The notes under the pieces were generated by a model. That model did no database searches, was not told the DNA's origin, and was given only the letters and a program-made list of their open reading frames with translations. DNA of 64,000 bases from Octopus vulgaris (Eukaryota), in NCBI GenBank assembly GCA_951406725.2, contig OX597818.1, positions 44,702,001 to 44,766,000 on the forward strand. The letters are read 5' to 3'. How positions within the stretch are numbered: position 1 is the stretch's first letter; each line of letters begins with the position of its first letter. Position numbers and translations under genes: made by a program. This document shows, piece by piece, positions 26,246-39,625 of this stretch.

Positions 26246-27642
26246 AAGTACCACAACTTGCTGAAGTCCCTACATTTAGTTATTAATAACAATCATTATC
26301 ATCATCATCGTTTAACATCCTCTTTCCATGCTAGCATGAGTTGGACGATTTTGACTGAGGTCTGGCAAACCAGATGGCTGCACCAGGCTCCAATCTTGAT
26401 TTGGCAGAGTTACTACAGCTGGATGCCCTTCCTAACGCCAGCCGCTCAAAGAGTGTAGTGGGTCCATTTATGTGCCACCAGTACGAGGGCCAGTCAGGCG
26501 GTACTGGCAACGATCATGCATGGATGGTGCCCTTAGTGCTCCACTAGCTCCACCAGCATGGATGCCAGTCATCGAATTTGATTTCGATTCCAATTTCACT
26601 TGCCTCAACAGGTCTTTGCAAGCAGTGTCCAATGAAGGGATGGTATGCACAAGTGGGCTGGTTACATCCCTGGCTTAAGATTTTTGGTGCAAGGTCAAGC
26701 AGTTTTGAGGGAGGAAATTAGATGTTCACATCAATTCCAGAGTTGAATTAGTATTTATTTTATTGACCCCAAGAAGAAAGGCAAAGTCAATCTTGGCAGA
26801 ATTTGAACTCAGAATGTAAAGGTGGTAGAAATGCTGTGAAGCATTTTGCCTGGTGTGCTAATGATTCTGCCAGCATGCTTTCTAATAGATGTAAACATGA
26901 CACAAGGTGGGATAATTTCAAAAAATGGTAAAGACAGAAGCTTTGTGCTGTTTGCACAGTAGACCAAATCAATGGTACAGTGGAGTTTCTTTATGTCCAG
27001 TTATTTATATGGTCATTGTTTTACCCCTTCATTTACACTAATTTTACATGTGAAGGTACGTGGCTTAGTGGTCAGGGCATTCGGCTCATGAATGTAAGGT
27101 CGTGAGTTCCATTCCCAGCGATGTGTTGTGTCCTTGAGCAAGACACTTTATTTCACGTTGCTCCAGTCCACTCAGCTGGCTAAAATGAGTTGTACCTGTA
27201 TTTCAAAAGGCTGGCCTTGTCACACTTTTTGTCACACTGAATCTCCCTGAGAACTAAGTTAGGGGTACGCGTGTCTGTGGATTGCTCAGTCACTTGCACG
27301 TTAAATACATGAGCAGGCTGTTCTGTTAATCGGACCTACTGGAACCCTCATCGTCGTAACTGACGAAGTGCTCCTATACATGTTATTAATAATGGATATT
27401 AACAGCACTTCATCAATATTTCCTATTCATAATTTGTTTCTTTCCTGGCAGTGATTACAGAATTTTTCTCCTTTCTGTTCATAAAACTCCATGAGTCATA
27501 TTCTTTAGGCATTTCTGTATAATCCTGGTATTTACTCTCATGTTTAGATCATAATTCTTTGTTAAATGGTATCACCACAATGAATATCTGACAGCCTCAT
27601 CAGTTGATCTATTTTCCTTTTCTGCCATTCCCCTTGCCTTAG

Positions 27643-27830
27643 ATTCCTTCATTTGCGAGAACTCTGCTTCTTTATATCAAAATCAATGTTTCTTTTTCAC
27701 ATTTTATCAAGAACCTCCAGCTTTTTCTAGCTGCAAGGTATTTTTCAGTCGATGTACTGAAGGTCTGTACTGTCGCTCAGCTGCCCAGTTGCAAAATAAT
27801 TTCAACAACTAGCAGCTTGTAACTAATTGC
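27643..27830 (+). pseudogene. 188-bp exon remnant, CTLD
   Basis: Pyrimidine tract+ag| ... |gtatgt; SFICENSASLYQNQCFFF...NNFNN*QLVTNC; TAG (27810) at the Trp of the F/Y-x-N-W motif. Confidence 0.6.
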
Positions 27831-29219
27831 GTATGTCTCTTTTTTTTATCTGCTTAATTGTCATTGTTTAGCATCATGGCAAGGTATTGTCAGCCGAATA
27901 ACAAAACTGACAGCAAACAGGCTAACAGATGGTGTCTATAACATAATAACATGTGAGACATCATAACTGTCGATTCACCATAAACAAACCAAACTAGGCA
28001 AATGGTGTTTAGTTACTGATGCCAGAAAAACCCTTCTATACAAAGTACCATCAATCAATCAATCAATCAATCATCATCATCATCTTTTAACGGTTATATT
28101 TTCATGCTTGCATGGATCAGATGGAATTCAATGAGGTAGATTTTTCATGGCCAGATGCCCTTCCTGTCACCAACCCTTATTTGTTTCCAAGAAAGGTAAT
28201 ATTTCCCTATGCTCAGACATGCTCAAGGAAGACTTTTTTTTTTATTTATGCGCCCTTTTCAAGGCTAGCCAGGCTCATGGACCCGGTTTCCTGGTTTCTG
28301 TGGTGTATATGTTACTCCCCAGCTGGACGGGACGCCAGTCCATCGCAGCATTACTCAAGAAACAGGAAGAGAGAGTGAGAAAAAGTTGGGGTGAAAGAGT
28401 ACAACAGGGGTCACCACCACCCTCTGCCAGAGTCTTGTGTAGCTTTTAGGTGTTTTTGTTCAATAAACACACACAACGCCCGGTATGGGAATTGAAACTG
28501 CAATCCTCTGACCGCGAGTTCACTGCCCAAACCACTGGGCCATTGCACCTCCACAAAGACTAAACAAATAACATCGTTTCTACAATGGTGATGCTCATTT
28601 ACAATCGTCACAATGTCAAGACAATGGTATGCACATACATACATACATACATACATACATACATACATGTATATATGCATGCATATCTTCATACATATGT
28701 GAATAAACGCACACATTTGGGTTTATGCATTGACTGTTCAACCAAAACACTGACTCAATTCACATATTTAGAAACACCAAGAACTCTCTCAACTCAAGTC
28801 TTGTTGCTCTGTTAGCAACCGGCTTGAACGCTCTCAAGGAAGACTTAAATCAAACTCAAAGAATAACCACACATACATATTATACAGGTGTACAATGGGT
28901 TTCTTTCAGTTTCCATCTACTAAATCCACTCACAATGCTTTGGTCAGAGAAGGCCTAAATAAAAAGATACTTGTCCGAGGTGTTTCGTGGTAACACTGAT
29001 CCAAGACCACATGGCTGGGAAGCAAGCTTCTTAACTTTACAAAATGAATAAATATAGCAGAGTACTAATAACAGGTGGTATAGTGATTTATAATTAATAA
29101 GCATGTGAAGGCACATGGCTCAGTGGTTAGAGCATCGGGCTCACATTCATGTGGTAATGAGTTTGATTCCCAGACCGGACTATGTGTTGTGTTTTTGAGC
29201 AAGACACTTTATTTCCTTT

Positions 29220-29476
29220 GTGAGCCGCTCTCCGGCTGTCTATTTGCAGCTTTATACAGCTATGGTGCGACCTCACCTGGAATTTGCATTACCGGTCTGG
29301 AACCCCTATCTTGCCCAGGATATTAATCGTCTGGAAGCCGTTCAGCGATGTGCAACCAAGAGAATACCCTCCATCAGGCATTTGACATATTCTGAACGCC
29401 TTACTTCCCTGGGCATGGACACATTGAAACTTTTGACAAGTTGTGGTGCACCTGAGCACTGTATACAATAATTTCA

Positions 29477-29532
<56 letters not shown>

Positions 29533-29535
29533 TTA
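29220..29535 (+). mobile_element. Internally deleted CR1-like LINE fragment nested in a family-D SINE
   Basis: LYTAMVRPHLEFALPVWNPYLAQDINRLEAVQRCATKRIP..YSERL (RT C-terminus) joined to the 3' tail and (ATT)n; host SINE resumes at about 29536. Confidence 0.85.
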
Positions 29536-29891
29536 TTTTCACATTGCTCCAGTTTGCTTGACTGCAGAAATGAATTGTGATGTAACTGGTGCCAAGCTGT
29601 ATCGGCCTTTGCCTTTCCCTTGGACAACATCAGTGGCATGGAGAGAGGAGGCTGACATGCATGGACAGCTGTTGGTCTTCCATAAACAACCTTGCCTGGA
29701 CTTCTGCCTTGGAGGGGAACTTTCTAGGTGCAATCCCATTGTCATTCATGACCAAATGGTGTCTTTACCTTAGTAATAAGCAATGTGGCAGTACTTTTGG
29801 TCTCTCCTTATACTCCATAAGCAAAAAGACTGGTTCTCTGAGGTCATTATACAGTATACATCATAAATTGATGATGTTATTGTCATTATAG

Positions 29892-29980
29892 TTGCTAGTT
29901 TCAACAGCCACATCATGAAATAGCAGAAAATGTAATAGCAACCACTGTACAAGAAATATACTTTGGGGTTGTGTGATGTA
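29892..29980 (+). pseudogene. Exon remnant, CTLD C-terminal WND-x-x-C motif
   Basis: Phase-0 acceptor matches the previous exon: TNC|LLVSTATS*NSRKCNSNHC; TGA (29916) at the Trp. Confidence 0.55.
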
Positions 29981-30228
29981 AATAATTGTGCCATTTACAA
30001 TATAGTCTTTCATTAGCAAATCTATTAATCAGTACTCAGGTGGACATGGCAAATGGATTGATTTTTGCTGCACAGGTATGGCTGTGAAGTTAAGAAGTCC
30101 CCTTAGTAATCATGTGATTTTGGGTTCAGTCCTAATGTGCAGCACCTTGAGCAAATGTCTTCTGCTATACCTCTGGACCAACCAATGCCTCGTGAGTGAT
30201 TTTGGAAGATGGAAACTTTTGGAAGCCT

Positions 30229-30267
<39 letters not shown>

Positions 30268-30634
30268 GTGTGTGTAAGCTTTGGTGTCTCTGTTTTTCCT
30301 CCCATTACTTGACAACCGTCGTTGGTTTGTTTACATCCCCGTAACTTATGAGTTTGATGAAAGTGACCAAAATAATAAGTAACATACTTAGAATAAGTAC
30401 TTGAGTCAATTTCTTTGACTAAAACCTTTTAAGACACACACACACACACACGCGCACACACACAAAGAGACAAGTGTATTCTTAAGGGCACTGAATTTTT
30501 CCTTGGTGGGAATGCACTCCTCAATATTATATTAAAGGTTTGTGTCTTTGGGTTAAGGTCAAGGACAAGTTGAGGTAAGTAAAACAGAAACTAGAGATAG
30601 ATGCATGGTTTGCATAAAGGTATTGGCCACAAAT

Positions 30635-30868
30635 AGGTGGCGAGCTGGCAGAGACGTTAGCATGCTGGGCGAAATGCTCAGCAGTATTTCGTCTGTCCCT
30701 ACGTTCTGTGTTCAAATTCCGCCAAGGACGACTTTGCCTTTCATCCTTTCGGGGTCGATAAATCAAGTACCAGTTACGCACTGAGGTCGAAGTAATCGAC
30801 TTAATCCCTTTGTCTGTCCTTGTTTGTCCACTCTATGTTTAGCCCCTTGTGGGTAGTAAAGAAATAGG
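30635..30868 (+). mobile_element. tRNA-derived SINE family C (Nin/Deu-like central domain) with TSD
   Basis: ggtggcgagctggcaga..gttcaaattcc..gcctttcatcctttcggggtcgataaa; flanked by aggtatt(g/a)gccacaaa. Others: 35519-35752+, 57738-58585- (tandem), degenerate 5320-5490, 17222-17440, 26685-26880. Confidence 0.85.
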
Positions 30869-31242
30869 TATTAGCCACAAAACAAATATTTCATTTTTGT
30901 ACTTGTTTTGCAAGATTTTTTATGTGAACTCATATGTTGAAACAAATTTTGTTGTATTTTGGGAGGGTCATTATGCCAACATGTACTGGTTCTATTTTAC
31001 TTCATAATCATTATTTAATCGAGCAGCATTTTGCCTGTTTTTACATTCTGAGTTCAAGTACCACCAAGGTTGATAAAATAAGTATTAGATTGACAGAATA
31101 AGTACTGGGGTCGATGTAATTTACTTACCCAAATTCCTGAAATTGCTGACTTTAAGTCAATATTTGAAGCCAGTATTATTCGTCAGTTAGTTAATCAGTT
31201 AACCATTAAATGATTGATTGTTTGCAATATGTGTGTATGAAG

Positions 31243-31334
<92 letters not shown>

Positions 31335-31404
31335 GAGAGAGGGAGAGAGAGAGAGAGAGATTATGGGTGTAGTTTTCCATTTATGTCTGCTTCTTCTAAA
31401 AAGA

Positions 31405-31605
31405 GAAGAATGAACATTCTATGCACCAATGTAACGTCCAGCCATTCATACTACTTCAAAATAAATCAGTTTAGTCTAGAAAGAGAATGCTATGTTGCTA
31501 GAGAAGTTGATCTAGAGAAAGAGAGTGCACAATATTTTGCCATGTCAAGATAAAAAAAGAAACGCGCACAAATCATTCAGTTTCGTAGACTAGCCATCTT
31601 CAAAG
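31405..31605 (+). pseudogene. Candidate exon remnant, CTLD N-terminus
   Basis: ILCTNV...FSLERECYVAREVDLEKESAQYF, then a probable 1-nt frameshift before the expected Cys. Confidence 0.35.
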
Positions 31606-31870
31606 TATAGGAATTATAGTAGATTAAGTTCTACCATATTGATGAATGAGTGGGTGAAATATTGATAGATAAAACTAATGAGAATCACTTCTAGTTACTT
31701 ACAGAGCTTGTGTGGGAAGGAATAAAGAGTTTTGAATTGGATTAAGAAATGACTGCTATAATGTGATTGGGTGGTATTTAAGAACACAGAATTAATTTTA
31801 CTGTTAGAGTGGTAATGTTGTAAAAAGTTGATATGTTAGGCTATCACACTTATATTTCTTCTTTCTTTAA

Positions 31871-32110
31871 CCCTTCTGTTACGACATTTCTGCTAAAATA
31901 CACTGCTTTCGTCTCAGTTAATTTGTGTGATTATAGACATAGGCGTAGTTATGTGGTTAAGAAGATTGCTTTCTAATCTTGTGGTCATAGGTTCAGTCTC
32001 AGTGCACAGCACCTTGGACAAGTGTCTTCTATAGCTCCAACCAACCAATACTTTGTGACTGAATTTGGAAAAAGGAAACTGAAAGAAGCCATCTTGTGTG
32101 TGCATGTGTG

Positions 32111-32150
<40 letters not shown>

Positions 32151-32790
32151 TGTGTGTGTGTGTGTGTGTGTGACCTGATAGTTGTATATGAACTCCTTTG
32201 TGATACAAGCAAGCTTATTTGTTTTCAGTCTTCCATGGAAAAAAATATATATCTGGCTATGGGAAAATGTTATCATGCTTGGAAACAGGCAAGGGTTGGT
32301 GACAGCAAGGGCATCCAGCCATAGAAAATCTATCTTGACAAATTCTGTGTGGCCAAGCATGGAAAAGTGGACATTAAATGATGATGATGATGCTGGCATT
32401 TGGAATATAATTAAACACATTTTGATTGAAGGTTTTGGAAGAGGGAAACTGAAAGAAGCCATCTTGTGTGTGTATGTGTGTGTGTGTGTGTGCATGTGTG
32501 TGTGTCTGTGTGTGTGTGTGTGTATCACATGATAGTTGTATATGAACTCCTTTGTGATACAAGCAAGCTTATTTATTTTCAGTCTCCATGAAAAAAATAT
32601 ATACCTTGACAAAGTCTGTGTGGCCAAGCATGGAAAAGTGGACATTAAATGATGATGATGATAATAATGCTGGCATTTGGAATATAACTGAACACATTTT
32701 GATTGAAGGTTTTAAATCAGATCACTTTAAAACAGGAAGTCTGTATTATTGAACGAATGGCAACATGAGTTTTGTTGGTATCAAAAAGGT
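31871..32790. mobile_element. Degenerate piggyBac-type MITE with nested SINE pieces and an internal tandem duplication
   Basis: ttaa|cccttctgttac ... ggtatcaaaaagg|ttaa; 32074-32435 is repeated at 32445-32712. Confidence 0.6.
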
Positions 32791-33119
32791 TAAACTTCGG
32801 TTTGTGTTAATAGCGTTTTGCAGTTGAAAGATTTTATTTGTAGTTATGCAGGGTTAATTATTTACTTATTGGGTATAACTATTTGATATTTGGGAAAAAG
32901 CTTTATTCTACCATTCTCAGGAATTCATACTCATTTTCAACTATTAATGTAGAAAGTGACATTAAAGCTGTCTTCTTAGACAAACGAGATGTACCATTAG
33001 AGAGAATATAAATGACTCAATATTAAACTCGTTAATAGGTTCTCCAGTTTAAAGCAACATCTTTTACATAATCTATATCTATATCTATATATAAATATAT
33101 ATGAATATATATATCTATA

Positions 33120-33183
<64 letters not shown>

Positions 33184-33248
33184 CATACATACACATATAT
33201 ACATATATATACATATACACACACACACACACACATATATATACATAT

Positions 33249-33279
<31 letters not shown>

Positions 33280-33654
33280 CATCTCTCTGTCTCTCTCTCC
33301 CTATTTATATAATGATAATAATAATAATATGAAGGAATATTATTCCAAACTTACAGGAAAAAATTTAATTTAGAAATACTAAATCAAATTTCACAAAATA
33401 TAATATATATATATAAATTATATCCAAGGGAAAGGCAAAAGGGCCGATACAGCTTGGCATCTTTGACATCGCAACTCATTTCTACAGCTGAGTGAACTGG
33501 AGCAATGTGAAATAAAGTGTCTTGCTCAAGAACACAACATGCAGCCCAGTTGGGGATTCAAGCTCACAACCTCACAATCATAAGCTCAATGCTCTAACCA
33601 CTGAGCCATGTGCCTTCATACATACATTCACACATACATACATACATACATACA

Positions 33655-33688
<34 letters not shown>

Positions 33689-33706
33689 ACTATATATGAA
33701 TGTATA

Positions 33707-34094
33707 TCTTTATATATAAAAGAGAAGTTGTGTGTCTGTCTCCTACGATTTAGATTCCTAACTACTCCCACATTTTGCGGTGCAGTTTAACCAAAACCGG
33801 GTATCTTATAGTCATGATTCATATCGAGCCCTTCTGGGTATTAGTGCGCATCTACAATGAGTCTACGATTTAAAAAAAAATTTACCATCATTTTTTTTCC
33901 ATTTTAATGCTATTATATAAGGGAAGTAACTCACTAAAAATGTCTACGATGAGTCAACGATTTAAAAAAAAATTACCATCATTTTTTTTCCATTTTTAAT
34001 GCATTTTTTTGCTATTTTTTGGCTATAACTCTCTAAAAATGCTTATATAGTTATTTCCCTTACAAACCCGAGCAACGCCGTGCGATACTGCTAG
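33707..34094 (+). mobile_element. Non-autonomous Helitron (family 1)
   Basis: A|TCTTTATATATAAAAGAG ... cccgagcaacgccg..CTAG|T; reverse-complement homologue of 12400-12799. Confidence 0.85.
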
Positions 34095-34522
34095 TTTAGA
34101 TATATTAGAATGTGTATAGGCTTGTGGCTAACTTACTAATACCAAACAGTCAACCTTGGGGTAGTTTTAGAAATTATATTCCATACCTGAAAACATAAAT
34201 TGTTGCTGTTTAAATAGTTTCAATCAATGACTGAAAGATCTGAATATTTAGCACCTCCAGTTTATAACCACTGTACATCTTTAGAATTTCCTTAAAAAAA
34301 AAATGAATAATAGCTGACTTTCTTTTTGATTCTTAACCAAATTTTATATCTAGCAAGAGAGTAGAATTATCTTCAGAAAAATACATATATATATAAAAAT
34401 AAAGAAAGAAAATGTAAAAGAAATACTAGTCTCTACAAAATGGAGTAAGTAAACAAACAGCTAACTATATTTGTACTCCTTACAGACATAATGTCTAAAA
34501 CATCTGTTTGTTACAATTACAG

Positions 34523-34583
34523 ATGGTTTTGTTATGGAACTGATATCAAAGTCTAACATACGAATATATAATTACTGGCTGCT
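34523..34583 (+). pseudogene. 61-bp exon, open frame
   Basis: ttacag| ... |gtaagt; GFVMELISKSNIRIYNYWL; phase-2 end matches 36042. Confidence 0.5.
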
Positions 34584-36041
34584 GTAAGTGGCTAATATGT
34601 TCGTTGGGTTTGATAGATTATTTCATTGGGCTTGCAAGCATACAGGTTGATGAAGAGCATATATGTATGTAAACAGACATATATTAATATTTCTCATTTC
34701 TTTATGCTGATATGTATGTTTTATATGTGTGCATGTGTATGTGTTATATTTGTGTGTAATTACATCCATTTATGTACAAGTATATGTATGTTCACTTATT
34801 ATAAATATATGTAATGATGTAGATGCATGTTAACACACACAGACAGGAGTGGCTGTGTGGTAAGGAGCTTGCTTACCAACCACATGGTTCTGGGTTCAGT
34901 CCCACTGCGTGGCATCTTGGGCAAGTGTCTTCTATTATAGCCTCGGGCCGACCAAAGCCTTGTGAGTGGATTTGGTAGACGGAAACTGAAAGAAGCCCAT
35001 CGTAAATATGTATATATATATGTCTCTGTGTATGTTTGTATGTCTATATTTGTCACCCTAGCATTGCTTGAAAACCGATGCTGGTGTGTTTATGTCACCG
35101 TTACTTAGTGGTTCGGCAAAAGAGACCGATAGGATAAGTACTAGGCTTACAAAGAATAAGTCCTGGGGGCGATTTGCTCGACTAAAGGCGGTGCTCCAGC
35201 ATGGCCACAGTCAAATGACTGAAACAAGTAAAAGAATAAAAGAGTATTATTATTTAAAGTCCACTTTTTTATGCTTGTATTGGTCAGACAGAATTCATTG
35301 AGATTAATATTTTATGGTTGGATGATTTCTGTCACCAATTCTCACCTGTTTCTATGTAAAGTAAAACTTCTTCATGATCAGGCAAGATTTCATGGAAGAA
35401 TGAGAATAAAGAACACTGTTTGTAAATAGTAAATCTTGGGATGTTAAGACAAGGAAGCACAACCCCACCTCACACACCTGCATATATATATGATAGGCTG
35501 CATATATATATATATAATAAGGCGGCGAGCTGGCAGAAACGTTAGCACGCCGGGCGAAATGCTTAGTGGTATCTTGCCTGTCGCTACGTTCTGAGTTCAA
35601 ATTCTGCCGAGGTCGATTTTGCCTTTCATCCTTTCGGGGTCGATAAATTAAGTACTAGTTACGCACTGAGGTCGATGTAATCGACTTAATCTGTTTGTCT
35701 GTCCTTGTTTGTCCCCTCTGTGTTTAGCCCCTTGTGGGTAGTAAAGAAATAATATATATGACAGGCTTCTCTCAATATACCCACAAAGTTTTTGTTAGCC
35801 CGAGTCTATAGAAGAAAATGCATGCCAAAGGTGCCATGCCCTAGGACTGAACCTGAAACCATGTAGATGGGCAGTGAACTTAAGCATACAGCCATGCCTG
35901 TGACTATGGTATATATCGATGAAATGTGCCTCATGCCTCTGCTTACTTTTTATTATTGTCTGGTATGCTACTTGATTTGTGTTAGTGATTTGTGTTAGCA
36001 GTATTGGGATTATTGACTTTATCAATGTTTGTCATATTCAG

Positions 36042-36088
36042 GCAGTGCTCTGCTGACCTTATTTGTTTACTTGAAACATGACGGATAG
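36042..36088 (+). pseudogene. 47-bp exon remnant
   Basis: atattcag| ... ag|gtaagt; QCSADLICLLET*RI. Confidence 0.45.
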
Positions 36089-36849
36089 GTAAGTTGCTAA
36101 GGGACTTTAATTGAATTACTGAGTGATTTTGCTTTTTGACTGAATATGCTAAACAACTGAATCTCAGTTCTTAGCACAGAATGGTATCTGTTCAAAAAGG
36201 ATTTTACACAGTTTTTGGTGGCTTTTGAGAAGGATGATTCAGCTGATAAGATCAAAGTTTCATTGTTACTATGTAACTGCTGGTGAATGAAGTAGAGATT
36301 TATCTGAATCACGCATATGAGGAAGTCTCCAGTAAAGATTCAAATGAAGATGTCAAAGAAAATATTGAACAATTTCTGCATATCCGGAGTTAGTCTGTAT
36401 AATGTTAAAGACAAGTTGCTTGCTAGCAAACGTTACAAAAAGAAATGGTAGAATTTATCACCATCATCATTTCCATACTGGCATGAGTTACATAGTTTGA
36501 CTGATCTGGCAATCTGCAGGGCTTTGTTTAGCCACAATATCAACTTTGGCGTAGTTTTTACTGCTAGATACCCCTCATAACATCGAACATTTTACAGTGT
36601 GTGCTGGGGGCTTTTGTCCTGTCATCAGAACTAGTGACACTACCAACTAACTTGCATGACAGAAAAAGAACAGGGACAAGGAAAAGGCCCCTTGATTAAG
36701 TTGTGGGGTGTATTTGAGATCTAAACTAGCACCATTTGTACATCTTCCAAAAAAGGCAACAAGGATTCAAGAAGCACCAAAGGAAACTGGAACAGAAGAA
36801 TTAAAACTTCCAAGAGACAAATGATATTGTATACTAAGTTGAAACACTA

Positions 36850-38830
36850 CCCGACTGAGTCAATAACCACCTGGTAGCCATAAAAAAACCAAACACACAC
36901 AGACTACACTGTGTGCATGTGTATTGATCTTACAGATCTGAATAATACTATTAGACATGCACACTATCTCACTATCTTCTATCTAGAATCAAAATCACTA
37001 CTGACTAGAATGCCACCTGTTGAGTGTTTCACAATGAATGTTTAGAAAAGCATCTGGCAAATGAAGTTAACCAAAGAGCAGCAAACTAACTGCATTCAAC
37101 TTTCTCATGAGCAGATTTACTTTCAACAGATTCCTTTTAGAATGAAATCAGCTCCTGGGATGTTCCAAGCTTACTATAACACTGTGTTTAAAGGTTTCAC
37201 TGACAGCTTTGTGTTTAAGGATGTTATATTTGTGCTCTCTGGTTCGAGACAAACATTGTAAACACATTAAGAAGCTATTTTATAACAATGTGGAAACAGA
37301 GGTTTAAAATTGAATTGATGGAAAATTCAGTTATATGTTGTTGTGTCTGGGGAGAGTCATTTTCTTTTTGTGCCTTATTATTTAACACACTCACCAGTAA
37401 AATTTCCACATTTTTCTTATTTTTATTTTCCTAAAATTTTCGTTGCGTCTTGCAACCTTTTCAATAGTTTTGACTCTCTTATATATATATAACTCTCAGT
37501 TATATCAACATATAACTCTCAGTTATATGTTGATTAAATAAAATATTTGAAAGGAACTAACCAAAGAAGGGGTAGGACTTGATCCACCAAAAATCACAAC
37601 TATTCATGCTTTACAACTATCTACTGATCCCAAAGAACTCTGAACAAAATTGGATTCAAACGGATTAAAACCAAGAATGGTAGGTTTTGGAGCTGAACAC
37701 TTTCATAATTATGTGTATGTGGCAGGGTGCAAAGAGCATCATACGAGTGTAATCGTTGACAGAGCAGCTAACTGGCTTCTGTGCCAGTGGCACATAAAAG
37801 GCACCATTCGAGTGTGATCATTACCAGCGTCGCCTTACTGGCACCTGTGCCGGTGTCATGTGTAAAAAAAATTCGAGCAAGGTCGTTGCCAGCACCGCCT
37901 GACTGGCCCCCGTGCAGGTGGCATGTAAAAGCACCCACTACACTCTCTGAGTGGTTGGCGTTAGGAAGGGCATCCAGCTGAAGAAACTCTGCCAAATCAA
38001 GATTGGAGCCTGGTGCAGCCATCTGGTTCGCCAGCCCTCAGTCAAAATCGCCCAACCCATGCGAGCATGGAAAGCGAATGTTAAACGATGATGATGATGA
38101 TGACATGTTATATCATTAGCAGAGACAACTCATAAACTGTTGATAAGCATCCAGAGCAAACTCCTTTGCAAGTCAGTTCTTAGTAATGTTTTTGTAGAAT
38201 ATGATATATAGACTCTGGAATTATGAAAAATAAAATATGTAAAAGGGGAAGGCTCAAAAATTGCTGCTTCACTTGATCATGCAATGCATAATTGGTCTCT
38301 CTATCATTAAACATATCTCTCTCTCTCTGATCTATGAAGTTGATACGTTTGTTAACAAAACTTCAAATGAGTAATACAAAACTTGGTGAACTGAAAGCTG
38401 AGAAAATTGATGATAGTTAACTGGATGAATTAATACAATTTCTAGAACATTTCTAAAAATGCTACTGGGAGTTTCTGAACTTACAAGTCTGAGTTATTAA
38501 ATATCCAGGGCATACTATTTAATGGAACACAAAGTTGTTCCATGTGCAATGAGATGCTAAATGCTTAATTTGTATACAAATCATGTCTAGGCATAAAAAT
38601 TGCTGTACTGGCTTGGGATGCTAACAAATTGCTTTGAACTGTTTGGCAAATGTGATACTTGTTTGTGGAACCATAGAAGCCAGCAAAAGAAGATGCCTGA
38701 ATTAGTGCCAGTTGTGGAGTTGCCATGATCAGTTGTTGGAAAGATATAAGTGCAAAAACTTTTAGTTTCTCATTTTTATGGACAACTACAGTGGACTTCT
38801 TAAATATTTTATATTACCAGGTATAAATGG
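36850..38830 (+). mobile_element. Old Ty3/Gypsy pol relic (RT-RNaseH-integrase order), interrupted by later insertions
   Basis: VCIDLTDLNNTI; IYFQQIPFRMKSAPGMFQ..VFKDVIFV (RT); GVGLDPPKITTI; TTHKLLISI..IKYVKG (RNase H); HLGIK (integrase Zn finger). Many stops; LTRs not seen. Confidence 0.75.
37431..37467 (-). ncRNA. Degenerate hammerhead-like motif in a Penelope-like insert
   Basis: CTA-TTGAAAA-G-GTTGC-aagac-GCAAC-GAAA-ATTT-TAG: perfect stem II, palindromic AAAATTTT, mutated core. Confidence 0.45.
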
Positions 38831-39444
38831 ACAAACTGCCATAGACCTGGACTCGTTAAATATTTCATATTACCAGGTAAAAAAGGACAAACTACCATAA
38901 ACCATTGTAAATCTCAACTATAGAAAGTCACACACAATGGAAGAACTAACGAGCCAAAAAATACTAATGCAACTGAAACAGTTACAGTTGTGGTTGTTCA
39001 GCCCCTGTTGAACCCTGATAAAACAGACCTTTGATAAAATATACTCCAGCCATGACCATCTCAACATTTTTCAATGTTCAGGAAACACAAGACTACATTA
39101 TCCGACATGTCCTCTTTTAAGACAGTAAGGTGTGATTTAAAGGAAATTTAATTGCTATTTCTAGCAGTTAAAATGTCCTCATAAATTCTTCCTCATTAAC
39201 TCATGAGTGAAGCAGTCCCATACAGTAATAGAATTAGCCCAAAGTCATTGTACCTAACAACAAACTTTCAATATTAATACCCATTTAAAGCTTGTTATGA
39301 AACATTTGTTTTACGATTAACATTATGATATTTGAAATCCAGAGATGTAGCAATACAGACTATAGTTAGCTAGAAAGTGAAATTTATTGTGTAACAGATA
39401 ATCTACTGGCAGAAAAGTAAGGTACAAGAGGATTTATTTTGCTT

Positions 39445-39598
<154 letters not shown>

Positions 39599-39625
39599 AT
39601 ATATATGCATATATATATATATATA

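Noticed and set aside
27050-27125. tRNA-like sequences with A/B boxes (also 29105, 35521)
   Set aside because: SINE heads that continue into repeat bodies; no complete cloverleaf.
31914-32645. Longest ORF (243 aa)
   Set aside because: Runs through SINE fragments, (CA)n tracts and a tandem duplication; no protein-like content.
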